Below, one piece after another: positions 13,054 to 26,389 of a DNA stretch of 64,000 nucleotides (position 1 is its first letter; the number at the start of each line of letters is the position of its first letter). The position numbers and the translations under genes were made by a program. The notes under the pieces were generated by a model. The model saw nothing but the letters and a program-made list of their open reading frames with translations. It had not been told where the DNA came from and made no database searches. The stretch lies in NCBI GenBank assembly GCA_045837725.1, contig JBEWZL010000098.1:248001-312000 (forward strand). The letters are read 5' to 3'. Source of the DNA: Vermamoeba vermiformis (Eukaryota).

Positions 13054-15573
13054 ATGGCAGATCATTGTTTTAAGGCACCTATTGGTCGCCCTTTACGCAA
13101 TGGCATTTCTTTTCCTCGAGGGTAAATAGATTAATGAATAGCAATTATTGGGAGCATCCCAAAAGCGTTTTGTTTTTGGATTCACCACCAGTCCAGCAAT
13201 ACTTAATAACTGTAGCAACTACAACGCACTAGCGGCTCCAAGCAAACGACCCGTGTTGCGCAACATAAACAAGGCGCAGACCAGATCACCGCAACATAAA
13301 ACTTGCAAACAGAAGTTCGATGCCGCGCTCCACTTTTCAAATAACTTGAAGAGAATACTCGACAAGCAAGAGGATCTACTTTTAAATGCATTCAACGATT
13401 GCTTGGCTGAGTTTCCATCCACACCCGATCAACATCCACCTATCATTGCTACGTTCCAAGCAGGAATCACAAAGGAGTTCTTGATGTACTTTTGGAATAT
13501 TTGGCAGTTTGAAGAGCTTGAACAGCCCAGCCACAAGCCAGTATGGATCAACTCTTCCGTTACAATCACCGATCTGCCAAATGATCCGTCAGTTCTAATG
13601 CTTCACTCTCCTTTCGATCAGTCTATGGTCGATAGGATTCTACAGTTGATCGATCATCATTCCGCTTGTAAAACCAATTCTGAGGCGTCTAATGCAGGCA
13701 ATGTCAAGCATGTACTGATGCTGGTTGGAGATCTTGAAATTCTTTTACTACATAGCGCTTGGATCAAGCCAATGATCGATACGAAACGCATGAAAATGAT
13801 TAACTTAACTATAACCAAGTACGATTTTGCACAATCAAGGTAATGCGAATTTATTTGTTATTTTTTGCTAATGAATGGATAATAGACAGAGGCACTCCAA
13901 TTCGCCATTATACTCGTTCAATGTTACACGAGATTTAACTCTTGAGTATTTGATGAAGAGCGGCGGAATACCATTAGTCCTGCATCAGGTGCTCGTCAAT
14001 TACTCCGAAGAATTGATCGATGTGGTGCTCTATCGTGACAGTTCTAAGCAAGTGCGTTTACTTTTACGACATCTGTTCGTCATGGCTTGCAAGCAGTTTT
14101 TAGTTGCAGAGGATTGGATGTTTAGTAACACATCTTTTTCGTACTTGGAGCTCGCGGACATCATTGGTTTGATTAGAGTAAATGCTAAAGAACGACTCTA
14201 TGCAGATCCAAATGACGCTTTAAAGTCTTTCGAAAAGAGCGATAGCGACGCAGAGAACAAGACGCAGAGTTATTTGATCATTTGGCCCGAGAGCTTGAAG
14301 CAACGATTCGTTACAGTTGAGCCCAATGCAATGAAGCTGCTTCCCGGGCCTGGTCTCACCACTCCAATGCAGTTCTTTGTTGCGCAGAATCTTACAACAG
14401 CTTTCAAACAGCGTTCAACCTCCCTTGGAGAGCGCTTCGCATTTTTGAAACACTCGTTTGTTAAAGACCTTGCCCTTTCATCGGAGCAGCCAATGATGTT
14501 GCCGAAGATACTCGCTAGCGATAAGAAGATTAACTTGAAGTGGGCAAGCACCAGTCCGCCACAGGCCTTCACTGATCTCACCGAGGTGATTTGGTCTGAC
14601 TTTCATAAGCTCGTAGATGCCGTACCAGCTGGTCGTCTACTTATCTTCAGGCCTCTATCACATAGTCCAGGCCTAATGACTGTATATAGAAGCTACAACA
14701 AAACCGACATTAACATTCTGGCCTTTCAAATGAATTCTGGCAAAGAATCACTCTCACCACTCGACTTGCTCGGAGAGCTTGGAAAGTGTCCGTTGACTCA
14801 AGTCGAGGAAGCGCCTGCCTATGTCAATATCCTCTTCCCGCAATATGGCTACAGTAGTACCGGTGCACGGCGTTACAAGTTGACATTCGTGTTTGCTGCT
14901 ATGAACACTACTGATCTTGAAAAAGCCATGAAAGCACAAGGTGCGAAGTTGACAGAAGGTGCGAGTGCCTCAGCTGGCTACATTCGTTGCACAAGAAGCT
15001 CATGGAAGCGGCTTCCAGATGATGTCGAAGTCATTATTCTGCTTCGCGCGGGATTAATTCAACTGTTGGGTACTGATAGCTACGAGTTTGTGGAGAAATA
15101 TTGTGCAACTGAAATTCCACAAAATGAGGGCAAGTAATTTGTTAAGTTGGTTTCTTATTCTAACGTTTGAATGCAGCGGCAACTTTTCTGAATCAAGAAA
15201 CTGAATCTACGGATATTTCATCTTCAGGTACAATTTAAGGGACTTTTTATGCACAAAATTAATGAACTTTTCAATAGACGAACCACAGCTTAACTTGGAT
15301 TTGTTGTCGCAAGCAATAACGGGTGTTTCGCAAGAGCAGCGAAAGCGTTACGTTAGTGCGATACGAGCTACTTTTGAAGGTACAAGGCAATTACTATGTG
15401 GCCCTCCAATGGCCAACTCAAACGCTGCGTCGATGGAAGAGTTCAGTGCATCTCCCGAAGAGCTCAACACGCCAAAAAAACGCACTTACGGTAATGCGGT
15501 ATTTGTAGCAGACGATATCGAATCGCCGCTAAAGAAGGCCAAGGTCTCGAAGAAAAAAAATCCAGTGCCGTAG
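13054..15573 (+). CDS. Crinkler/CR-type effector-like protein (degenerate NTPase plus restriction-endonuclease-like domain), C-terminal basic NLS-like stretch; 5' end uncertain
   Basis: Long exons 13215-13839 and 13886-15129; SGGIPLVL, FRPLSHSPG...ILAFQMNSG..SLSPLDLLGELGK, LTFVFAA and LPDDVEVIILLRAGLIQLLG resemble CR-family C-terminal modules; tail PLKKAKVSKKK. Confidence 0.5.
15130..15176 (+). other. GC-AG intron
   Basis: Donor G|GCAAGT, branch CTAAC, acceptor TGCAG. Only this phase-1 donor keeps the next two exons in frame. Confidence 0.7.
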
Positions 15574-15918
15574 AAAAGCACAGACGCGACTCCGTAGAGA
15601 TTCTAGAGCGCTGTTGTTTCGGCAGTTTGATGGCCTGATACCGATTGACGGGCAGACTGCGAGATAACAGCAAGCAGAATCGTAATTATTTGTAAATATA
15701 TTTCAGCGATTTGTTTCTAACGCAGGCATACAATTTTAATTTGGGCCTAAGCGAGGGATGTTTAAGACAGACAAACCGACATTTGGTAGGTTTTGTCAGT
15801 TCTGTAGACATTCGTGAACCCCTGTTTTTGTTGGTATTGAAATAAGTTTATTTTTATTGACTATTGTATTCTACGAGCATAATTGACCTGTATTTACTAC
15901 GATATAACGGTGATCTAG

Positions 15919-18900
15919 ATGGAGGATGAAGAGAACATTTCGATTGAGAACCTTGACCAAGCTGACGTCTTGGAGCAGCAAATTCAAACGTATATTATCC
16001 AAATTATGAATGAGGATGCTACCAAGCAAGAGAAAGTTCAGCATCTGCACAGGTACACGCCGCTCATCTGGATTTTGATAGTTTTCGCAAATTATTTCCA
16101 AAGACCAGTTGTAAAAGAAATTATTTTATCATATTATTTATCGTAGTATTCCCGTGTGGGCAATTTTTAACCATGTTGGATCCAGGATCGCCCTCATCTA
16201 TGAACGCGAAGAAGAAAAATACAAAAAATTGCTAATTGACCCTAATACAGATAAAAGATATGGTACGTCTTTATAATAGCATCCAAAAATATTTGCAGCT
16301 AACTGTTTTTTAATTAATCAGAACACACGATCGGCAGGCTAATTAATTTGTTTATTGAAAATGAGGAATTTGTATTACAAGTAAGTACTTACCCATACAT
16401 TGCATGAACATTACAGGTGCTTTCAGATAGAATGAAGTTAACTTGCCTTGCAGATCACAGACAAGTGGATGCGCGAGAATGACGTTGACATTCACACAGC
16501 TCTGGCACGTTTATTATTTGCAGTATCAGTGTCGTCAGACAGGTCATTCTTCGTCACCAATCCTGACGAGGACGAAGAACGGCTGATGGAGAAATTTCAA
16601 TTCTGGATCCGAACTCCGCCAAACAAAGCCCTGCGCGTTTATGGCATGGGTACGTACCTTACTATAGTAAATGCATTCTTGGTACTAATTATTTTGTAGG
16701 TCTTATGGCGCATTTCATTGAGGAGTCCGACTTGGCTGGCAATACTTTATCAACAGATCTGCCTGTTGTAGCGCTACAAAGGTTGAACAATTACATGTCC
16801 TATATGAGTTCTATTAAGCCCGATAACGATGCACAATTAGAGGCTGATATTGAAGGTACTGCATTACAAGTGCCGAGTGTGGACGATGAAGTGGATGCAA
16901 ACGAACCAGTGTTGAATGAGCTGCATGTGAGCAATGCGAGTCTGAATGAGCTCGAACAGGTATGTTTGTGGTCATTGGTGGTGTTAGAATTCATACTAAG
17001 ATGTGCATCAGATTTGCTTGCTCAAGTACCTTGCGGATGTGGGTGAATTTCAAGAAGTTTTATCCCCAATCATTCAACACCGCGGCGTTGATGTTCTTTT
17101 GTACTATTTAAAATCACGCGATCCACACGTAGTCGGAGGTCAGTAGTTAAAAACAATAATGTCTGTTGTCACTTGTGTGCTGACACGTGTCATCAGCTTC
17201 GCTCAAAGCCATCAATCAACTGCTCGCACATCGCAAGTTTGGTACCGTGTTTGTTGACGCGGGAGGCATGAAGGCACTAATTGACATCCCGAAGAATGAG
17301 TTCTATGCCACGCTAGTCAGTCACTGCATGGGCAGCATTGCTGGTCTGCCTCAAGCCGTTGAACAAATATGCTTGGTAAGCACATATTAAGCTGGCTTGC
17401 GAGCTATGTATGTATTAACATGTTGCAGTTACAAGAACCATTGCCCCAGCAACTAATTGAATACATTGTGTGGCTCGTGAACAATCCCAATGAAGTGCCC
17501 AAGAAAGATGGCTCGCTGTTCTTCACCTTGACCATGCGATTCAGAAAGATCTACGAGTTATTCACTGCTTCTGAAGTACCGCGCCAAATGATTGACCAGA
17601 TGAAAGAAACATTAAACAAATTGACCTTCAGTCATACTCCCGAAGAGATGATGGAACTAGGCGACGATGAAAATACCATGACCCGTTCTGAGATGCAGAT
17701 TGTAGGCAGCTTTTTCCTGACACTGCGCGAGTACATGCGCTCACAACTGGTCTATCAAACTGAGCTCTGGAAGCGCAAGAATGCTCAGGCTCACAATAAC
17801 AAAGAACAAACGCCCAAGAAGAGCAAACCAGTGCCCGTAACTCCGTCTTACAAGCCCATGAAGGTAGAAGACGAGACTGTTCATGAGACTATCATAACAG
17901 TGCGCGATGGAAGTACGTAACTTGTATTGTTAGACAACAACGCTAACTCGTGATAGACCTCGCCAAAGCCAAGTTCAAAGAAGTAGAAGAGTTTGTTAAT
18001 CTCGAGGGCATCGTTCAAGCACTCAAAGTCATCGAACATAACAACAATCTCTGTGAGCGAGATTTGCGTGCAGCTCTAGCTGTAGACAACGCAACAGTAG
18101 CTCTCGATGTACTGCACGTGTTAACAGCCACGAACTACGGACAAAGTGAGGTTATGAACGCTAAAGTCGGCGAGAAGTCAGGTACGTCTAACGCCATGAC
18201 AATATCAGAGCTAACTGCAGTTCAGCTATTTCAATACTGCTCGATGCTGTCCGCGAGATGCAATATGAAAATCCAACAGTGATTACTGTAGCTTTGAAGG
18301 TGTTGTCGAACTTTGTGCTCAAACCTTCAACTCTCGGTCTTAATAAGTACGTCTCATCGCTATTAATATCCGCAGTTCTAATGCAATGACAGGCAAAACA
18401 AACGACAAAGCATCGATACTAGACTCGATGAAATGACAAAACAAACGTGCAAGACCATTCGATTGAATGACGGCATCAGTGTGCTGCTCTTGCTGCTCAA
18501 ATATCGCACCTCAATTTCAGATGCTGACACGATCCGAGCTCTGGCTTGTAAAGTGCTTACAGGTCTCAGCAAGGACACGACGATCAAGCAGATTCTGAAC
18601 AAGAAAGTAACGAGGACATTGCCTGAACTGATCAAAGAACCAGTCGATCGATCTAACATCGAGGCATTCCAAAAATTCAAAGCCAATGCCAAGGAACTAA
18701 TTCAAGCAATGTAAGTGAGTTTTTCAGCTCAAGTAGCATACTAATATAGTGCTAGTACTGGTCGTGACGCAACAGTAGCCCTGGCTGACACGGATCATGC
18801 GCTGACTAAATACGAACAAGCAGCTATTGTTGCCCAGACACCGATTCACTACGCGGACAATGAGCTGTTGCAATTGATCCATCAGCACTTGACTGAACGA

Positions 18901-20797
18901 GGACTGGAACAGACTGCGAATACTCTCTTGGCGGAGGCTGTAAGTCAATAACATAATTCTCGAAGGCCTTGCACATGTACTTACGCTCCAATGCAGAAAA
19001 TTTCAGCCCCACCCAAGCCAAAGAGTACGCGCAAGAATAGGCGCGCACTAGTCACTCCATCAAAGCGTGCCCAAATGATGGAAGTTGAAGGAGTGGGTGA
19101 GACGTCAGATGAGGACTCGAGCGATCATTCGCATCAACCGAGTCAGAACAGACTCGATGTGATTATGAAGGAGTATTTGATGGATCAACATCGCAAGTGT
19201 GCTCATCCCTGCGCTGTACTGCCCGACTTCTCGCTCATGAACAGACATCGCGTAAGAACTTCATTTTGACACGTGTCACTACACAGCTTACTTACAGTGA
19301 TATTTAGTGCCCCGAGCCTATCGATAGTGTACATACTGGACGTGCGGCCAAGAACATTGGCACGCGCATTCTTCATCGACAATGGCGACCTGTGCGAGGA
19401 GGTTATGGTGGAGCGAAGTTGGACAGAAGATTCAAGTATTCGAAGTACAGACCTACTCGCAAAGTGTTTGACGATGGTGAAATGATGACGTGCTGTGCAG
19501 TTGTCGATAACGGTAAGTTGAGGGCAATACGAGTTAGGCAATATCCCTTATATTTTGTTCCAGGCGAGCGTCTGTTAGTCGGTACTCCCAATGGTGAAGT
19601 TCTCGAATATGACGCGCGGACCACGCAAGTTGTCGTAAGTAGAATATTCTCTATTTAATCGTGCACTTTGGTCTAATAGCTCTTTCAGAAATTATGGGAA
19701 CATGTGAGCGAGACCTCAGTGCATTCACTGAAAACAGTGCGCGGGCAGAACATTGTGATGAGTTTCTCATTGAGTCCTAACGAAACTAAAGTGTTCAACA
19801 CCTCTAACTTGGAGACACCACTTTACTCACTGCCGACAATGAGCGGCGAGTTCAACAACGCTGGTGATCGCATTGTTGGTGTCAAAGCGCCTGGCAAAGT
19901 CGCGGTGTATGACGTGAAGACTGGCCAAGAGTTGATTGTAAGTCACACAAACTGATTGCAAGTGAACAAAAGCTAATGAAATGTGATAGACCCTCGACGA
20001 CACATCGTACAACAGGACATTGGCCCCGTCATTCCCGTGCTTCAGTCCCGACGACTCGTTGTTGCTGTCTAGTGGAGTCTTATGGGACTACAGACATCAG
20101 CGACCGATCTATCGATTTGACAGGTTTTCTAATTATGGAGCCGAGAAGTTCAATCCTTCAGGCCTCGATATTATCATTAATTCGGAGATTTGGGACACGC
20201 GCAGCTTCAAATTGGTGAAGACCTGTTCAGCACTGGATCAGACGAGCATCGTGTTCTCCAACAAGGGCGATGTGATATTTGCAGTGCCCAGACCACCCGT
20301 GCTCTCGTTTGAGAATCCATTCGCCAACTTCACGAAGACACTGCGCGTTGTAGATGCCACGGACTACGAGCTGATCACAGAGCTCAATCACGACAAAGAG
20401 ATCATTGATTTGACGATTGATGCAGAGGACTCGTATCTCGCGATGATTGAGAGCACTGGTTCTAACTTTGAAGTGCACTCAATGTGTCGCATTTGGGAGA
20501 TTGGTCGCACTCGCGGTGTTGATGACGAAGATGACGAGTGGGACGAAGAAGATGGTGAAGATGAGGACGACGAGGACGGCGACATGGATGAAGTAAGCGA
20601 ATGATTATATTGTTATAATTATTGTTCCGAAACTAATCATTCCTTAGTTCGATGACATGGACCTCGATGACAGCGACGAAGACGCCGTTGAATTCTTTGG
20701 CGATGAAGATGGTGAGGACGATGACATGGACGGATTTGACATCGAAGAGTTTGATGACGACGACGAAGATATCGATATTGACGATGACATCGAATAG
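15919..20797 (+). CDS. DCAF1: DCAF1/VprBP homolog (armadillo-like, LisH, WD40, acidic tail), CRL4 substrate receptor
   Basis: DADTIRALACKVLTGLSK, AIVAQTPIHY..ELLQLIHQHLTERGLEQTANTLLAEA (LisH), QHRKCAHPCAVLPDFSL...CPEP, FNPSGLDIIINSEIWD and a D/E-rich tail. Confidence 0.93.
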
Positions 20798-21030
20798 TGA
20801 TACAAACGTAATTGTAGAGCTATAAGAGTTCTTTTGAACCGCGGATATAAAGACAATCAAGTAAGATTAATTTGTCTGGTGATTTATTTGGTTTTTGGTT
20901 GGTTGGGGGTTTTGGTGTTTTTTTTTTTTTTACGCAACGATTGAGAAGTTATTTTAGTGCGATTTCACCTTAAAATCAAAGCTTACATTTGAAGTGGGCT
21001 TGTTTATTTACACGATGCTGTTCGGCGCTG

Positions 21031-24000
21031 TTAAGCAAGTTCAAATCCAGTGTTGTGCTTGATAGCGTACTTCAGGCGTTCCTTCATGTTGGTCGTTGAG
21101 CTGTAATTAGGCAGTTTAAGAATATTGAAGCACGTGCTCGCTGATGGCAGTCTGTCGCTGTGCGCACTGCCGATGCCTAAGAAAGACAGCGGTCCAGAGG
21201 TAGTGTGTTCATCTTGTACGACTTGAATGCAGAACTGTGGTGTCAGATATTTGAAGCCGAGCAAGGGCGGACGAGGACACGAGGTCACAAAGCGAAGCAA
21301 TTGCGATCTCTCTGGAGAGGTGAGTGAGATTATGATATTAATAACAACTGATTTAACACGTGACTTTACCTTCCGGTGAGAATTCTTCGACAACTTTCCA
21401 AAATTTCTTGATGAGCGAGTCAGAGGCAGAGCAACTCAGGTACTTTGTGTTCTGTTTCCAGTCGTTAACGTCAATGTCCACCACATCGCCACCGATCAGC
21501 CATTGCAGTTCATTTTGATCGAATAACTTGAGCCACTGCATTGGTATCAGTTGCGTGAATCCCTTCAAAAACAACTCGGTCTGTTTGCGGATCTGCTTGT
21601 TGAGCTTGAAGTCGGACATTAAGTGAATATATTCGGACTTGTTTTCATTGGTCACTGCGATGTTCTCGCCGCCAGGCACGAGATTGAACGAGAATGTCTT
21701 GCCCAAGAACAAGTCTTCGGTCAGTGAGAAGGTCAAACTCAGGTCCTCGACATCTCCCGGATAATTCTTCACAAAATTGAGGTTCTTGTGCAGTTCAGCA
21801 TCGAGTGTGTTCAATTCATCGAGTGAGTTGTATTTGCCAAGCATTTTCTTCAAAAAGAATGGGGCCAAGGGCAAGTCAACCACGATGCCGTCGTACACGG
21901 CTTTAGCGAGGATTTGGCCCAAGAATTTGAACAGCGGCAACAGCTCCATCAACTGTTCGATGTTGTCGTGGTTGTCTGTCGCGTTGTACTCGGCACTCTG
22001 GAGGTGCAACAGATTGAGCTTGGGATTGGGATAGATTTGACCGAGGCTGTTGTGAAAAAACAGGCCTTGCTCGGGTCTGAAACTTTCCTGTTAACGCGCG
22101 TTAGACTAGAATAAGCGATGATATAAGATGGTACCTTAATCAGCAATATCAAGAACTCTTTGAACAAACCTCCTTGATCGACACCGATTTCACTTCGTCC
22201 AAATTCGTCGATGAACGTGATTCTGTAATAAGACAATTGTTAATTTCTGTCAAATGTCGATTTTTGACGGCACGTACTTCATGTTTGTTTTGAGCATTTC
22301 AGGTGACAGGCGTGAAAAATATTCGAATCCGTCTTTGAGCACTGAATTACGTCTGATTTTCATGGCAATGGGATATTCAATGGATCTGCAATTGATTAAT
22401 ACATGCTCTTATATATGGCATTAGAGAAACATACCTCTTCTCGCGATCCTCTTCCACGAGTGTTCTGAAGTACAAATACCTGTCGTTGAATGGCGTAGCG
22501 AATGGCATGAGTCGAAGTATTTGCGGATATTTTTGTTTCTGACGCAACCTGCGCGCAATCGGACTCGAGGCAGTGAACTGTGCCTGTTGCACCAAGAAGT
22601 TGTCTAATTGCTTCAAGAGCGAGACTTGTTTGTCAGACAACAGCCAGACATTGTCTTCGCAGAACTTGCGTCGTTGATGTCGTTCATAAACTATCCTCAC
22701 GGTTATTACTCAGCACGTGCAGAATAAAATATGATACTTACGTTGTTCCAATATTCTACTTCCATAAGACCTTTGCGAAGAGTGTTACTATTGATTCCAA
22801 TACAATAAGACAAGCGGTACTTACAGCAACAAGTACTCCTCGTCAGTGAAAGCCGATGGATCTTTTTGAGCGACGAGAGTGAATATGAAGTTCTTGACTG
22901 CGGTGATGAGCATCACATTGTCGAACAAATTCATTGGCCGTTGTTCGTTGAAGAATTCTTCGTCGTCGCGCACAATCAACAGGTGACTGTAACTCGCGCA
23001 AAACAGTGTCATGATACGATTGCATTGCACCCAATCGCGCGACCCCTGTTGTGGTAAGATAGTAGGTGTCTTATATTGATCAGTTATGGCTGATTTTGCG
23101 GTACTTTTGTGCAACTGTTTCATGAAATCCACGGGCAAGTACTGTGCGAGCACGGCAGCGCTATTGATCCACTTCCAAAGAGCTGTCAAGAAGCGTTGTG
23201 TGTTGGTGAAAGTCAGCTTGTTGAGCACGACGATATTCAAGTGCGGCATGCGGTCTAACAATGTGCAGTACAGGTCACACGCGCGGAACATGTTGTTGAA
23301 CTCGTCGTTGCTGACGGAGGCCTTGTCAGTCATAATTGATTGAAATAACAGCGAGACTGTCTTGGTCTTATAGAGCTGCTTCAGCTGGTGATAAAAGATT
23401 GGGTCAAACGATGCCGCGGTGTCACTCTTAGCATCGAGCACAAAGCCCTTGGACGAGTTCAGAACATTCGTGTTGTTAGTATTTGTATTTGTGTTGTTGT
23501 TGTTCATCATCTTCAGCGCGCCTTTGTCGATGTTTTGTTTGTTCATATTCTTCAGCAGAATGTTGACACGATGCACAACCCCGGGCCAATGAGTGTACTA
23601 TATATGTCGTGTTAATAAGACTAGAAGAACGTCACTGCCACTTACCATGTCGAGTGGATAAGGTCGCTTTTCTTTGCGTCGTTCACCAGACCTCTTGTTG
23701 TCATTGACACCCATCTTGAAGAACAAATCAATCACATTGCCCAGCACGTACTTCTGCGTCTCTTCTTCGCTCTTCTTTTGCAGCTCTTCTTCGTCGTCAT
23801 CGCTCACGTACACGTCAGGCTTAATGTCATCTTCCTCGTCATTCAATTCGCCCAAATGTTTCAGTCGCATAATTGGTTTTGGCGGGAAATTCGCTTGTTC
23901 TAGCAACATGGTTAGTGAACAGCTTGGTTTTGAGCCTGACAAAGTGTCCACGTACCAATGACAGGCAAGCACGCGTTTAGAATGGCGTACTTGTGCTGGA

Positions 24001-25135
24001 TCAGCAGTCCTTGCGAGTAAGGTGATAAACGATAAAACAGCGCAGGAATGTTGAGCACTTCAAACAAGAGCGTGTAGCCCAGTGTGTTGCTCTTCTGACT
24101 CGCCATAATTGTACGCGTCAACTAATAAGCAGCGTATTAGTATAATATGTCCGATATAGCGATGATCATTGGCACGTACTAGTGTCATAATTGCATCGAG
24201 GTGCACTGAGTGCGTGTCACCGGGCGTGATGACAGGTGTCGAGTGCTGTATGATGAATTTGCGACAAATAGCGACTACATTGAGCGTAGATTGGTTGGTT
24301 AATAGTAATACTTCTGCTATTACTTTGGCTTGATATTCATTGACGGAAGGTAGTTTGGATCTGATGGACAGCGGATCTGTAAAGAACAATAAAGTTCTCA
24401 AAAATGTAGCCAATTCGTTTGATTGCTCCTAAGCACAAGGTTAATAATATTACGGTAATCTTATAGAATTGTCGTACTTTTGTAGCCTTATTAGGCAAGG
24501 TTAGGTGGGTGGCACAGAGGGCCAATATTTTCCGGATCTGGTAAAATGGTGAAGTGTTGGAGGTGGAGAACAACGATGTCAAATAGTTGTTATTAGGATC
24601 AGCGTCGCTAGTACTCTTTAGCAGCACCTTGCATAGTCGTGTCAGTTCGCTTCGAATGTTTGGATCTCGTCGGAAAAATATAAGGAAGCGACGAATAATG
24701 TTTTCGAGCTTTAACCGCGAGGAGGCATCTAAAAATAATTAATATGTATTTAATTTCTCCATAGACTCAACAAATAATGATCGCATAGTAATTTTCAGTG
24801 GATTTTGTAAAAGTGCTGAAAATTAGAAAAACATTTTCTGAACAAGTGTTAACGCGAAAATTATTAATTATATTTTATACATTCAGTAGGTAAATTAACA
24901 TACCTGGCACCGAGATCTGTTCGTAATAAATATTCTTTTGTTCTTTTTCAAATTGTTTCAACTCCAATTTTGTAGCCACTAATTTCTTAATTATAGCAAC
25001 TGCTTTGCTCTCTTCTCTACTTCGTTGACGACTTTCTCTCTCAGATTTGACTTGGGCAAGTATGTCATTTGGCTTGTTGTTACTAGACCTCCCCAAGTTG
25101 ACTTTGCGGGTGTTAATTTTGCCATCGAAGAACAT
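21031..25135 (-). CDS. HECT E3 ubiquitin ligase, UBE3B/UBE3C (Hul5-like) family
   Basis: N-terminus MFFDG...VNLGRSS..ERESRQRSRE; ILRLMPFATPF; ITFIDEFGRSEIGVDQGGLFKEF; RFVTSCPRPPLLGFKYL; DRLPSASTCFNILKLPNY; ends NTGFELA. Confidence 0.93.
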
Positions 25136-25308
25136 GGTCGTATAATATTTACAAAATAATACAATAATAATAATTAGTCGTCGTGGAACGTTTTTTTTTT
25201 CATCAGCCACGTGACTCGATCGAGATCAAGAATTCTGCTTTGGAATGAATAATGTGCTATTGCTATTTACTTAAATTTACCACTATTTACACTGTATATA
25301 TTCATAAT

Positions 25309-26244
25309 TTACACTTTAAAATACTTATGCTTCAAAGCCTTTTTAGCGGTAACACGTTTGGCCGGATCTCCACCGATGAGTTTCTTGAACAAGTCCGTTA
25401 AGACAGGTCGCTCTTCGTCGTTAATTTTCATACAGAATAGAGCCAAGTCACGTTGAGGTATATCACAAGTGGGATAACGTTGAAAAATGTCAAGATCCAG
25501 CAGCTAAAAACAAACAACTTAATAACTGATTGTAAGAAGTCCGAACAATAGAGGACATACCAGCTCCAAAAAGAGAATACATGCGGCCCGCACGTCATTT
25601 TCGCGAACGTCGTACTGGAAGTCATACTCCTTATTTGCCGCACGAGCGTTATCGGCGCCTTCAAAATTGGTCAAGAAGATGTGAGGCTCAGTTTGTGTTT
25701 CGTTCCATTTCCACACGACGCTGCTTGAATCAACTTTGTTGTGAACTATTCCGTGCTTGTGGCACCAAGCGAGCCCCTTGGTATGCATTCGATTAGTAAG
25801 CACCAAAAGTACAATATAATAATCAGTGCTACCTTAAATACCTGACGCATTACAGTCTTGACAAACGGGCGCAATGATTCACGGCAAAAAGCGTTATGTT
25901 TGGGTACAAACAATAAAGGCACACGTCGGATATCATCTACTAACGCTCCTTCTACCATTTTAACAATGTGTGGGCATTTCTTTTTCTTCAGCACGTCGTA
26001 CACGAGCCAAGGGCCGTTAGTACAAAATATGTAGGTCTATTCTTTGATTGACGTTGTTCTTTCTGTCTGTTGGATGGTGTGTCTCCGAAGAATTTCCGAG
26101 CTGTTGCAGCTCCCATCAATTCTCTACATTTATATATTGGTTAGTAATTTGATTAAGATTTACTTACGTTAGTCTGGTAGATAAATTGCTACTAGGTTCA
26201 TCCAGCGATGAACGACTTCTAATATCAGTGCTTACGATTGCCAT
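25309..26244 (-). CDS. Small protein-kinase-fold protein, probable pseudokinase; 5' exons uncertain
   Basis: VMRQVFKGLAWCHKHGIVHNKVD (HRD replaced), IFLTNFE (DFG replaced), DVRAACILFLEL and DLFKKLIGGDPAKRVTAKKALKHKYF. Confidence 0.7.
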
Positions 26245-26389
26245 TTGTTGTAACGCTTATCGATCTAATTTAATAATGAAAGACAAAAATTGAACAAAAC
26301 AAAAAAAAAAACGGCTAGAAAAAAAAGCGCGGAATTCTCAAAGCGGGCAAAGATTGCGGGAATCATTTCGTTTATTCCACCTTAGCTAT

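Noticed and set aside
20500-20797. GAY/GAR-rich repeat-like tract
   Set aside because: It encodes the normal acidic tail of DCAF1 and is not a separate repeat element.
20890-20931. G/T-rich run and poly-T
   Set aside because: Simple low-complexity sequence between convergent 3' ends; no telomeric periodicity or retroelement hallmarks.
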